A stretch of DNA of 64,000 bases from Eledone cirrhosa (taxonomy: Eukaryota). How positions within the stretch are numbered: the stretch's first letter is position 1; every line of letters begins with the position of its first letter. Shown here one piece after another: positions 27,393 through 40,875 of the stretch. The stretch is taken from assembly GCA_964016885.1 (NCBI GenBank), contig OZ024740.1, forward strand, positions 377,890,001 through 377,954,000, in the 5' to 3' direction. The position numbers and the translations under genes are program-made. The notes beneath the pieces are model-generated. The model was not told the origin of the DNA. It searched no databases and worked only from the letters and a program-made list of their open reading frames with translations.

Positions 27393-28062
27393 TTGTACCA
27401 AATGGTTTTTATTATGTTAGAAGATTTTAATAAAGTAATCATTATGTTAGAAGATTTTAATCTAAATAAGAACCCTTTAAAATGGGTAGTTTTGTTTCAT
27501 AGAACCAGAGGTGGTTTTGTGCTGGTTGATATTGAAAGGATCAAACCAGAGTTCTTTACTCTAAATTTCTATTGAAGTTCATAGTGCTTCTGTTAGTTGA
27601 AGTAGATTTGGTTATATTCAGTAGGTTGTTCAGCTCATAAACAGGCTTTTATGTTTTAGTAACTGAGAAGATAGTATAAACATGACTTAAGTTTATGACA
27701 TGAATCAAGTGTTGAAAAGTTCTGTTACATAAAATTTTAAATCTAGTTGAATTTATTTTAAAATTAGAAATTTTGGAAAAGAATAGTGTAATGACTTCAG
27801 TTTTTGTATGTATTCTTACAATAACAACCACCAAGTAATATAAAACCCTTCCAATTGAATACATTAATTTATTTATATATAGAACTAGGATTTGTCTCAT
27901 GAAGTGAAATTTATATATTTCCTACATAAATATGAAAAAATGAGACTTGTTTTGTAAAGATGAATATAAAAACTGGATCCTGGACTGACTGTCACACATA
28001 TAACTGAGGATTGGAAGCCACATTGCATCACCCACAACTTTAAATGAAATGTTATAAACCAC

Positions 28063-28463
28063 CATCATCATCATCGTTTAACATCCATCTTCCACGCTAG
28101 CATGGGTTAGATGGTTTTGTTCCATTTGATGCGGGTCTAGTCGTAAGACCATGTCTCGCACGGAAGCGTCTCTGGCAGGGTTTTTTTTTTTTTTTTTTTT
28201 TACAGCTGGATGCCCTTCCTAACACCAACCATATTTAGTGTAAACTGGGAGCCTTTTCACTGTGTCTCCTACACGGCCACCTTACAGTGTGGACTGTTGT
28301 GTCATCGACACAGTGGACGGGACGAGGGAGGGTGGGGTGTACATTGAGTTAAGAGATGCCTACTGCCTGTAGGTTTGTGTGCAATGGCAGTCGGGTCTTC
28401 TGTACAACTGCATGGCGCCAAAGGTCTCGATCCAGTGTCATTGTCTAGAGACGTGTAGGTGGG
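28063..28463 (-). mobile_element. RTE LINE 3' fragment (family C)
   Basis: Reverse-complement homologue of ~18875-19290. Confidence 0.85.
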
Positions 28464-28662
28464 AAAACCAGTAAATAAATATAAAAACTTGGTTCTAATT
28501 ATTTTTGAAAAGTTATTGCAAAGGTGATTATCAGTTTATTATTAGCCATTGGCCATAATTCACTCAGCTGATGCTTAAGCAACTAAGTCATTTTCTATAG
28601 TAGTGGATAGATAGGCCAAGATAGTTGATCTAATAAATAATATTGAAACACTTTTCATGAAA

Positions 28663-28705
<43 letters not shown>

Positions 28706-28822
28706 AAGCAAATTAATTTATTAATAATTGGCTAATTCAATTTGCTTAATTGTACCTTTTAATGATGACTTTAAGTACTCCAATGCAAAAATATACATCG
28801 AGTAATGTCTATATATCAAAGC

Positions 28823-29200
28823 CTTAACCCAACATACACCCCACCTCATGTCCCACACACTCTACTCCATCCTCCCACTTCCGCCCATACCACCCTTTAT
28901 CTGTAAAGTTATGTTGGTACCACAGAACATCCAGCCCACACTGTAGCCGTGTAGGTGTGTGTCACAACAAAAAGCACACTGTCCTCACTGTAAAGTGGTC
29001 ATGTAGGAAACATGGTAAAAAAACACCCAGCACATACTGTAAATGTGGTTGGCGCTAGGAAGGGCATCCAGCCATAGAAAACCAGCCAGAAACAATTCTA
29101 TACAAGTGAGACACAGTCACAGACCCAACTTGCCTTAAGTGGGACAAACCGTCTAACCCATGCTAGCAGGGAAAAAGCAGACGTAAAATGATGATGATAA
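28823..29200 (+). mobile_element. RTE LINE 3' UTR
   Basis: CTGTAAA.GTGG modules, AGGAAGGGCATCCAGC, CCGTCTAACCCATGCTAGC and (GAT)n tail. Confidence 0.8.
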
Positions 29201-31284
29201 TATAATATTCTTTATATAACAAAAAGATGGATAATTATGGCTGGAACACTTTCATCATTTGTATTCTCAATCATAGCTGACTAAGGAAGGTTTGACAGTC
29301 ATATTTTAGTTTAACCCCATCTTATTTACTCCCTTGGTTTCATGTATTTTGTTGTTTACTCCAATGCAAAAATATACATCAAGTAATGTTTATATATCAA
29401 AGCATATGTCACTGCCAAAACTCTATCTTTAAGATAGCATGTTAGTGCTAGTTTGTCAAAATTTCTATTATACTATCTGTTGTTTAAATTTTATTCTAAA
29501 GTTTAGTATTACTAAAGTCGACACATTCTTGTTTTATTTCTGTGCAGATCTAACCGACCTCATTCATAAAGAGCATATTTCAGTTTGAGTTTTGGTCACA
29601 AATTTGCTTGATGAAAAGAATATACAAATACATCATTGAGATGTGATCCCCTTGTATTCACCAATGGAATAATACCTTCAAATACCATATGAACCATAAA
29701 AAAAAATGTTTACTGACCGTTTTGAATAATGAATACATAATGCCTACACAGGTGTTAACATTTTTCAGTTTTTGTGTGACTTAAAATGTAAGGGGACAAA
29801 GCTAGTCCTGCAGCTCCGTGGGAAATTTTCCTTTTACTTCCTTTAACTATTTGTTATTGTCCCCTTTTTAAGATAATTAATTATTATACTCTCATGAAGA
29901 AACTAATGTTGCAGCTTCCTCTTAGAATTATAAAAACAATCTACCATTATGTCCTTTTCACAAAGTATTTAAAACTATATAATTAATATTCTATTGGAAT
30001 GACTATTAGAGTATGCACAAAGGTGTGTGTATGTGTGTCAGTTATTTCAAATTCTAGAATGTTTTATCATTGTATATATATCAAATGTATATATATCAAA
30101 TGTATATTTTCTACCTAAATCTTTCAAATTGTTATAATTTCACAAAGCACACATGCGCACGCGCGTACACACACACACACACACCCACACAGTGGGGGGG
30201 GGGGGCACCACCAATGGGCGTAGAAATTTATTTGTGCCCTCTGCTGGCTTTAGTGGAAAATCAAGGAAAACATGGGACAAAGTTGTATAGAATGACATCA
30301 AGGAGATGACACGGAACAGAGCTGATTGATATGCCATAATACATAAGACATGCCCACCAGTACAAGCAGTGAGACACTAAAAGTGAGTGTAATAATCGGA
30401 AGGTACAGTGTTTGGCAATTGAATGGAGACATATTGTGTTTAAGGAAACGCTTTAGTCTGGCCGAGCATGTGACGACCTCTTTAGTACTAGTGCCATGAT
30501 AAAATGTGCTCAGTACATCCTGGAAATTGTTAGTGTTTGTAACTTGATAGAATATACTTAGTATATTCTATCAAAGTGGTTGTGCTGGTATCGCAAATAC
30601 AATGTACTCAGTAAACACTCTAAAGTGGTTATGTTTGGGAGGGATCTAGTCATAGAAACCATGCCAAATATGTTATGTATGAACAAGATGAGGTTGCTCC
30701 GATATGTCTGGTCTCCGACTGTAACAACCCATCCAACATATGCCAGTGTTAAACGTGGACATAAAAGGAAGATGATTAGATTTTTTTTTTATTTAATACC
30801 TGTATGTATAATTTTTCAATTCCAATTACCTGCACCAAGCTGACTTTGATATGTAAAATTGAGGGTTTGGTGTGTATTCTAATTTTTTGTGTATGAGGAG
30901 TCCCACCAACCTGAAGTACCCTGGGCCCCCCAAAGTCTAAATCTGGTCCTATCTCTGAGTACAGGATACACAGCAGCCTTCTGAAGCACTTTTTCTCAAA
31001 TAATTGGTCAGTTAAACTGAGGAATATGTTTACCAATTCAGAGGTTCTGCATTGTTTTAAAAGATGTCTTTAAAAACATTTCTTTTGGATTTCCTTGCAT
31101 GACATTTGAATATAGAACTATTTTGTGAAATCTTATCTCTCCCAGTCTAGTGATTCCAGTATTGTTTGAATATCTCATTATGTGCTACAGAGGAAGACTG
31201 GCTGGATATTATGGTGTTGGACTATTGATCATATATGTATTGTATCTCCATCGGTTCCAATAAGTGTTCCAGATCTACAATCAA

Positions 31285-31520
31285 TGGAACAGCCTACATG
31301 TGAAATAAATATGTAAGTGGCTGAGCATTCCCCAGATACACATATACCCTTAACTCAGGAAAATACGGTGTTTCACAAAGCTGGCTCTTGCCAATTCAGT
31401 GGACTGGGACATTGTGAAATAAAGTGTCTGGCTCAAAGACACAATGCACTACCAGGAATTGAACTCACAACCTTATGATTGTGAGCTGGACAGTTTAACC
31501 ACAAAACTATGCACCTTCAC
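31285..31520 (-). mobile_element. SINE S2
   Basis: Reverse homologue of 19528-19812. Confidence 0.7.
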
Positions 31521-32258
31521 ATTTAGCACAATATCAGGAGTTTAAAACCTTACTATTAGAACCATTGTATTGGTCTTCTGATCAAGGGATATAACTCTTT
31601 TTCCTCTGGTTTACTTGAGTAAGAAAAGCCACTCCTGTGAAGTAGGAGGTTCTATTCCTCCTTCACAGTTCAATGGTTAGTACTAATAATGTTATTTGAT
31701 GTTTAAAAAAAAAAATCATTTACTTCAATAACCCAACCCCCATCCTCCAAAATCCACCCACTAGCTAGCAAACGACCAAGCCTTCATACAATCACTTGAT
31801 CTGCTTGAAATAGCAGATGAATTTCTCTTACATTATACCCTTTTATCGTAAGTACACTCCATTATGGCTGGCCTGAGAATAAAGAACAAACATACACTTT
31901 TTACTTGCATGGAAAGAAATTCATCTATCAAAATATAAATTCAGCCAATAAATTTATTTTAATATAGAATAAACCATAGAATAAACCACATTATTGGACA
32001 TAGAACATTGGTGAGCCTCATGAGCTGGAATGGCTCTTCCAGCACGTCTCCCTCACCATCCTCCAGGGAATTGTCTTCTCTATTCTGTCTGCCAGGCAGA
32101 CAGCACGTGGATCCCCATTTGCTCATAATAGTGAGAGATGAGGATAGCAGGAGATACAGAGATAGTGGGAGTTTGGTTCCTTTGTGTTCGGAGCTGGTGT
32201 ATATGTATGTTTCACACACACACATTAAACACATACACATCATTATTTTAATAATTTA

Positions 32259-32449
32259 GGGTGGTGGATTGGCAGTATCGGTAGAGGGTCGGACACCATG
32301 CTTTGACGCATAGTTACGGTCCTTGCCATTTTGTATTCAAATCTCACCGAGGTTAACTTTGCCTTTTATCCTTATGAGGTCGATAAAATAAAGTATCAGT
32401 AATGTACTGGGAGATTGCTGGCCTTGTGCCTGAAGTAGAAACAATTATT
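32259..32449 (+). mobile_element. SINE S1 with 17-bp TSD
   Basis: A box TGGCAGTATCGG; ATTATTTTAATAATTTA at 32242-32258 and 32444-32460. Confidence 0.9.
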
Positions 32450-33177
32450 TTAATAATTTATGATAATATAGAACATTGGTTAAGATATTGGGAAAAGTCT
32501 TTTAATTGATGAAAGGAAACACATATTTCTTATAAAACTGCTCTTTGGTCTTTCTTTCTTTTCAATTCCTCTTATTATGCAATAGTAAAACTGGTGACAT
32601 TTTGTTATGCTGAGGTCTCAACAACGATCTAACAGGGTGTGTGTTGCCACACCTGTCTATGATTTTCCTGCTGTTCTGACATCACACAGTTAACAGGTCA
32701 CCATGAAGCTTCCGTTTCCTTTCACCTAATTTACACTATGCAGTTTATAAATGTACTCTCTAGTGGTGATGGAGGTGATGGCAGTGGCCATGTTGGTGCT
32801 GGTTGTTTTAGTGACAAGAATAAATGTTAAATGTAAAAACATATGGTATTTTCCTCTCAATGGGAATTAAAATAAAATATAACTGATACCCTTACCCTAA
32901 TTTCTGAATAACTGGGTATTAGTTGCTGCTGCTGCTGTTATTGTTCTTGCAGTTATTTAGACTTTTTTGAATGAAATGAAAACACTTTGCTTTTCTTTAT
33001 CAGCATTTTAAAATGCATATTTGTTTTATTTCTTCTATCCATTACTCTCTTTTCATCATCTCTTTCTCTCATATCTCTCTCTCTCTCTACTATCCCATCC
33101 CAGCCCTACCATCTTTTTTTGCCTGCTGTAATTCCATTACTCCTTCCTGTTTGCTGCAACCTTACACATACCGTCTC

Positions 33178-33273
33178 CCCTGTTGCACCTTCACATACAC
33201 TCCTCTGCCCTGTTGCACCTTCACATACACTCCTCTCCCCTGTTGCACCTTCACATACACTCCTCTGCCCTGC
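33178..33273. repeat. 30-bp minisatellite, ~3 units
   Basis: CCCTGTTGCACCTTCACATACACTCCTCT(G/C) repeated. Confidence 0.9.
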
Positions 33274-35420
33274 TCCACCATTACACACCCTTTCCCCTGC
33301 TGCTCCCTCCTCCACACCCTCTCTCTTGACTTTTTGGCCTCCACACCCCATTTCTCTACTGATACATCATTACACCCCTCTCTTCTGCTGCACCTTTACA
33401 CAGCCTCTCTTGCTTGCTACTCCACCCATTTACATCAGCTCCTTTTTTCTTACTCTATAGATCCCAATTTTCCTTTCAGTTATCCATTTACTTAAAAATT
33501 TTGTTGGTATAATTATAAGATCAGTTTGAAATATGTTCCCCTATTGTTTAGGAGTCCCTCACTTCCTTGTGTACCAGCCCAATGAAAACCAGCTCTGGTT
33601 CTATAAAACAAACCATTTATTTTAAAGAGTACTTATTTAAATTAAAATCTTCCATCATAATTTTATATAAGAACTATATGTTAAGTTAGTATCTCAGTAA
33701 TGAAATAATAATTAATAATTGAAATAAAGAGTATTTCATGAGAAATATGGTTATGAAAAGGTTAACCATTAAAGTCTATATTTTGCACCATACTTTTGCT
33801 TTCATACTTCATTGTTTTAAATAGTGTTTTCCTGTGATATTTGGGTTCTTTTCATTAAAGAAATTTTAGTTTACGTTATATTTAAGTATATACAGTATTT
33901 GGAAAATACTTATTTTAAAGCACTCTCGATGTTTCATTGTTTTTTTTTTTCCAAGCTCTAAGTTAAATCTATTGAAGTTCAAAATGACAATCAACAACCT
34001 CTGAATATACTGATAATTTTCTTTTTGTAGAAAGGTCTCTACAAGATGTTAACTGAAACCTGTTTCTGTCATTTTGCCTTAGATCTTTATAGACTACAAA
34101 TAAGATTGTGTAGTGTGTGAGAGAGGAAGGAGAAAGATCTTCATCATCCATTCTATAGGTTCAGGCCCCTCACCACTAGATGGCAGTCTCCTATCATACT
34201 TTATACTCCAATTCATACTTTACAATAGTGCACCCACATATATAGAATAAATTACAGTGATATGCTTATTCCAAAACTCTGCCTTAGAATTATTGTGATT
34301 TAGTATTTTCATCCAAAATATTCCGAAGTCCCCGACCACAACCCTCAAGCAGCTTGTCTGAAACAACTATCTTCATAGGTTGTTTTCCAAATTCCACTCA
34401 AGATGTTGATCAACCCAAGGCTATGCTAGAAGACATTTGCCTAAGGTGTGTGTAGTTGGGGAAACCTGGAACCACATGGTTTTAAAGTGGACTTTATAAC
34501 CACACTGATGTCTGTGCATATTTGTTAGTAGTTTCCTGATAAATAAAGAGGAAAACCTCAATAGTCTAATTGATATATGTTTACCATTATATTTTAGATT
34601 GCACTTAATTATTTTTGTTGTTTAGGTGTTGACCTATCTATCATCAAAGACATTCCAAACATGACCATTCCACTTTTTAATGTATCCAAGACAGTTGAGG
34701 GAAATTTTATTGCTAGATCTAACAGGCTTGACAATCATTAGTTTGAGATTGGACTTAGTTGGGCTACCAGGTGTTTCATATTGTCATCATCATCATCATT
34801 TGTCTATTTTCCATGCTTGCATGGATTGGACTGGTTGTCACATTTTGAAACTGGACCAGTCAGGGGATCATAACTTGCTCATGTTCCATTTTGGCTTGGT
34901 TTTCTATGGCTTGATGCCCTTCCTAATGCTAACCACTTTGCAGCATGTACTGGGAGCATTTTATTGTAACTCCAGCACTACCACTTTATAATGTTGAACT
35001 GATTCTTTTTTATTTTGATGTTACATATAATCCTGAAGAGGATTCCTCTTTCCAGTAAACCTGACCACATTTATAATATCAAGCTTTGTTTAACTTCAGT
35101 TCTTAAATGTGTTACCTAGTTCAATATTGACTCGATCAGCTATAATTTAAACGTTGTTAAGCAACCACTACCAATCTTGGAACAGCTGTTCTTGTCAAAT
35201 GCACAAGTAAAATATGAATTATATTTCTATTTTCTTCTGAATATCATTTTATTTTATGCGTTTCAATTTCTTTTACTATGTTCTTCTATATATATCATCA
35301 TCGTTTAACGTCCATTTTCTATGCTAGCATGGGTATTTATATAAATTAGAAAATTAAATATAAAGGACTGGTGTGTGATGCCTGTGTAGGCATGGAAAAA
35401 CAAACGTAAAAATGTTGATG

Positions 35421-35844
<424 letters not shown>

Positions 35845-37068
35845 TACATATATATATTATAGCAAATACAAATGACATTAGCAATTATAAGAACCAATTT
35901 GAGAGATAAAAAAAGCAACCGACTGTCTTGGGACTTGATCCTCATATCTATCATTTGCCAAGCAATATTATTACCAAATACATAGAGTTATGGCTCTTTA
36001 CGTTCTGAATTCAAATCCAGCCATGGTTAGCTTTGCCTTTCATCCTTACAAAGTTGATCAAATAAAGTACAAATAACGCACTGAGGTCAATTTAATCCAC
36101 TTTCTCTTTCTCCAAAGACTGTTGGCCTTCTGCTGAAATCAACCCAGAAAGCCTATAAATTGTTTTTATGTTAACTTATTTGAGATGGAATGGCAGGTTC
36201 TCTGTAATGTAATAAGTAATGTGGTCACCTAGTTTGCAGCATACACATGGTTTCAGTTCTGTTAGTAGGGCTGCTGTTTATTTATTTGTCTCAAAGTAGT
36301 TCTTATAATGTATAAAAGTTTTCCTAAATTTATAATAGATACACTTTGAGTTGTACTTTACATCAATTTAAACATTTTTTTTTCTTGTTCTCTCTGCACT
36401 CTTTATTTTATTCTGAAGATAAACTATCTACAAACTGCGTAACTTAAAACTTTGACAGTTATATTGAATAATTAAAATAATTACATATTCAGATTTAGCA
36501 TTAATCTAATTTAGTGTAAGGGCTGAAACACTTGCTTCAAGTGGGGGTTTCTTCTCTGAAGACCTTCTGCTGTCCAGCTCTCCTAAGAGTTTCTCACCAT
36601 TACATATATGCGTGTGTGTATATATATATATGTATATATGTATATATATATATGTGTGTGTGTTTGCTGGAAAGTTCTACAATAGATTAAATATATCTAA
36701 AAGTTATATCATTGGACTAAGATAACATTTTTTTTTCTAAGTAAAACACTTGACTGTAGTACTTTCTCATGTAAAAAGTTTTGTTTGAAGTTTCTTTTAG
36801 TACATTTAATTTGATATTAAAAGTTGTTAATAATAAATACCAGATGTGGTCACATGAATAAAACATTGGAAACAGCTTCAGTCCCACTGTCCACTTTCAC
36901 ACAAGTCCCTAACTTAAAGTTGGTCAGTTTATTTTTTTATTAACATTGGCACAGGCATGACTGTGTGTTTACAAAGTTTGCTTTGGAACCATATGGTTTC
37001 AAGTTTAGTCCCACTATGTGGCGCCTTGGACAAGTGTCTTCCACTATATCCTCAGGTTGACCAATGCT

Positions 37069-37270
37069 TTAACCCTTTAGCATTTACATTACTCTATATT
37101 TGCTATTATATTTTCATGGTAAAGGCTTTCTCACATATCGAATCTATGAGATTTTGATATTTATTTTAAGAACAATACCATGACATCAGTGTGAGTGGCT
37201 GGTTACAGCTGGTTTGAACAGAAAGAGGTGAGAGAATTTCAACTGGATATGGCCGGTTGAAATGCTAGAG
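37069..37270. mobile_element. TTAA MITE (same family as 3507-3724) inserted in a SINE
   Basis: TTAACCCTTTAGCATT start; reverse-complement similarity to 3507-3724. Confidence 0.65.
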
Positions 37271-37513
37271 TGAATTTCATAAGGGAAAATTGAAAGATAA
37301 CCTGTTGGTTGTAATGTGGACTTCTTAATTACACAGTGTGCCTTTTGAGCAGATGAATACCAAAATCACTCAAGCCTCAAACAAAATGCTTTATGGTCTT
37401 TGTTACATTCATTTTCAATTTAGAGTTCAAATTCTGCCCATATCCATTTGTTGCTCCAACATGGCCACAAACCAATATATATATATATATATATACACAT
37501 ATATATATATATA

Positions 37514-37955
37514 TATATTAATAAGAGGAATTCCAACTTTGTCTGATTTACTCGTTTTATTTACAATCCTTTAAAATATATATAATGGTATTATAATGAA
37601 ATAGTATGATAGAATATTAAATTCTAAGTGTTAATTGAACAAGTACTTTCATGCTTTCGCAATCTTCAGGTTCATGATATGTGGTGACAGTCGAGTTTGC
37701 AATTTTCGACAATTGAAAATTGCAAACTCGACTGTCACCACATATCATGAACCTGAAGATTGCGAAAGCATGAAAGTACTTGTTCAATTAACACTTAGAA
37801 TTTAATATTCTATCATACTATTTCATTATAATACCATTATATATATTTTAAAGGATTGTAAATAAAACGAGTAAATCAGACAAAGTTGGAATTCCTCTTA
37901 TTAATATAATCTTCTATACACAATCATACACACCCGTGTATATTTACCTATCTAT
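37514..37955. mobile_element. Fold-back element H1, copy 1: 194-bp perfect inverted arms plus ~45-bp tail (probable inverted PLE pLTR)
   Basis: Arms 37514-37707 and 37715-37908, loop GACAATT; (TA)n on both sides; second copy at 50124-50555. Confidence 0.85.
37748..37786 (+). ncRNA. Minimal type I hammerhead ribozyme motif (mirror copy on minus strand at 37636-37674)
   Basis: UGAAC-CUGAAGA-U-UGC(GAAA)GCA-U-GAAA-GUAC-UU-GUUCA: stem I UGAAC/GUUCA, core CUGANGA and GAAA, palindromic stem III. Confidence 0.75.
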
Positions 37956-37984
37956 ATATATATATATTTATATATATATATATT

Positions 37985-38015
<31 letters not shown>

Positions 38016-38036
38016 TATATATATTTATATATATAT

Positions 38037-38080
<44 letters not shown>

Positions 38081-38211
38081 ATATATATATATTTATATAT
38101 ATATAATATATAATATATATATATATATTATATATATATATATATAATATATATATATATATATAATATATATATATATATAATATATATATATAATATA
38201 TATATATATAT

Positions 38212-38244
<33 letters not shown>

Positions 38245-38246
<2 letters not shown>

Positions 38247-38712
38247 CATCATCATCATCATCAACGTTTAACGTCCGTGTTCCACGCTTGCATGGGTTTG
38301 GACGGGGGTATTCCCACTTGAGGCAAGAGTGATTGTCTTGCTCGCATAGGACTGTCTGGCAGGTTTTCTACAGTTGGATGCCCTTCCTAACACCAACCAC
38401 ATTTACAGTGTGGGACTGGGAGGTTTTTACCGTGTTGCCTACACGGCCACATTACAGCGTGGACTGTGTGTTTTTTTGTCGTGACACCTACACGATCTCA
38501 TTTGTTTCGGCCTGGATGTTGTGGCACCAACATAACTTTACATAGGAGGGGGTGGTGTGGATGGGGGTGTGGGTGGTGGGACGCGGGTGTATTTTGTTAG
38601 AGATGCTTACTGGCTGTAGTAGGTTTTACTATGTATTTAGGTAAGGCGGGTCTTCTCTATTACTGAGTACCGCCAAAGGTCTCGGTCCAGTGACATTGTC
38701 TTGGAGAGGTGT
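38245..38712 (-). mobile_element. RTE family A, 5'-truncated (last codons plus 3' UTR)
   Basis: [24 protein letters not shown], then 3' UTR and (GAT)n tail into (TA)n. Confidence 0.92.
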
Positions 38713-38743
38713 ATATACATATATACCTCTTGGAGAGGTGTAT

Positions 38744-38786
<43 letters not shown>

Positions 38787-38787
38787 C

Positions 38788-38820
<33 letters not shown>

Positions 38821-38873
38821 CATACATATATATATACATACATATATATATACATACATATATATATACATAC

Positions 38874-38968
<95 letters not shown>

Positions 38969-38979
38969 CATATATACAT

Positions 38980-39026
<47 letters not shown>

Positions 39027-39039
39027 TATATATATACAT

Positions 39040-40255
39040 ATCATCATCATCATCAACGTTTAACGTCCGTGTTCCACGCTTGCATGGGTTTAGACGGGGG
39101 TTTTCCCACTTGAGGCAAGAGTGATTGTCTTGCTCGCATAGGACTGTCTGGCAGGTTTTCTACAGTTGGATGCCCTTCCTAACACCAACCACATTTATAG
39201 TGTGGGTCTGGGAGGTTTTTACTGTGTTGCCTACGGCCACATTACAGCGTGGACTGTGTGTTTTTTTTGTCGTGACACCTACACGATCTCATTTGTTTCG
39301 GCCTGGATGGTGTGGCACCAACATAACTTTACATAGAAGGGGGCGGTGGGGTGGGGGGGGGACGGGGACGGCGGTGTATTTTGTTAGAGATGCCTACTGA
39401 CTGTTGTAGGTTTTACTTTGTATTTAGGTAAGGCGGGTCTTCTCTATTACTGAGTACCGCCAAAGGTCTCGGTCCAGTGACATTGTCTTAGTGAGGTGTA
39501 ACTGTGTGAGGTCGGAGTTTATCAGCTCGTCCCAGGTTTTTCTGGGTCTGCCTATTCCGTGGCTACCGTCTAGCTTTATTGCCCTGCACTTTGTTATACA
39601 GCTTTCGTCCTTCATGCGCATCACGTGACCATACCAACGTAGCCTTCTCTCTAGTAAACAACATCTGATCCCTCTTATTTCTAATTTTTTCCTTAGTTCG
39701 TTTATGCTTTGTCGTTCACGTATATTACTATTACACATCCAGCGGAGCATGCAAGCTTCGTTTCTCTCTAGTCTGCGTATATCCTCTGCACACAATGCCC
39801 AGGTCTCACTGCCATGCAACATTGCTGTTCGTATGCAGGCATCGTACAGCCTGCCTTTCATTTTTAGGGAGAACCCTTTAGCGGCTAATAGTGGTATAAG
39901 CTCTCTGAACTTTTTCCACCCAGTTCTGACTCTAGCTACTGTACTTTCAGAGCACCCTCCCCCACTGCTGATTTTGTCACCCAGGTAACGGAAGCTGTCC
40001 ACTATTTCTATATAACCCTCTGCGCAGTTGAAAGAGCTAGTATTTTGTGGGCACTTGCTGCTACTTATTGCCCCAGAACACCGGCCACATGTAAAATCTA
40101 TGTTCTTAGTTAGCTTACCTGTGATCCCACTACATCTTTTATGCACCCAAACTTTGCATTTGGGACACAAAATGGAATTTCTACCTACGCGTTTCCTACA
40201 CTCTGCGCATGGCCACTTCCCGGAGGGGACCGTCGACTTATTTTCTTTCTTACAC
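39040..40255 (-). mobile_element. RTE family A, 5'-truncated; ORF C-terminal part 40255-39424
   Basis: PHD-like Cys cluster, [32 protein letters not shown] motifs. Confidence 0.93.

Positions 40256-40875
<620 letters not shown>

Noticed and set aside
32987-33495. 157-160 aa ORFs with repeated PVAPSHTLL/PCCTFTYT
   Set aside because: Arise from a 30-bp minisatellite in CT-rich DNA and are open in several frames
36520-36600. CTGAAGA and GAAAC near a microsatellite
   Set aside because: Wrong order and no pairing stems found
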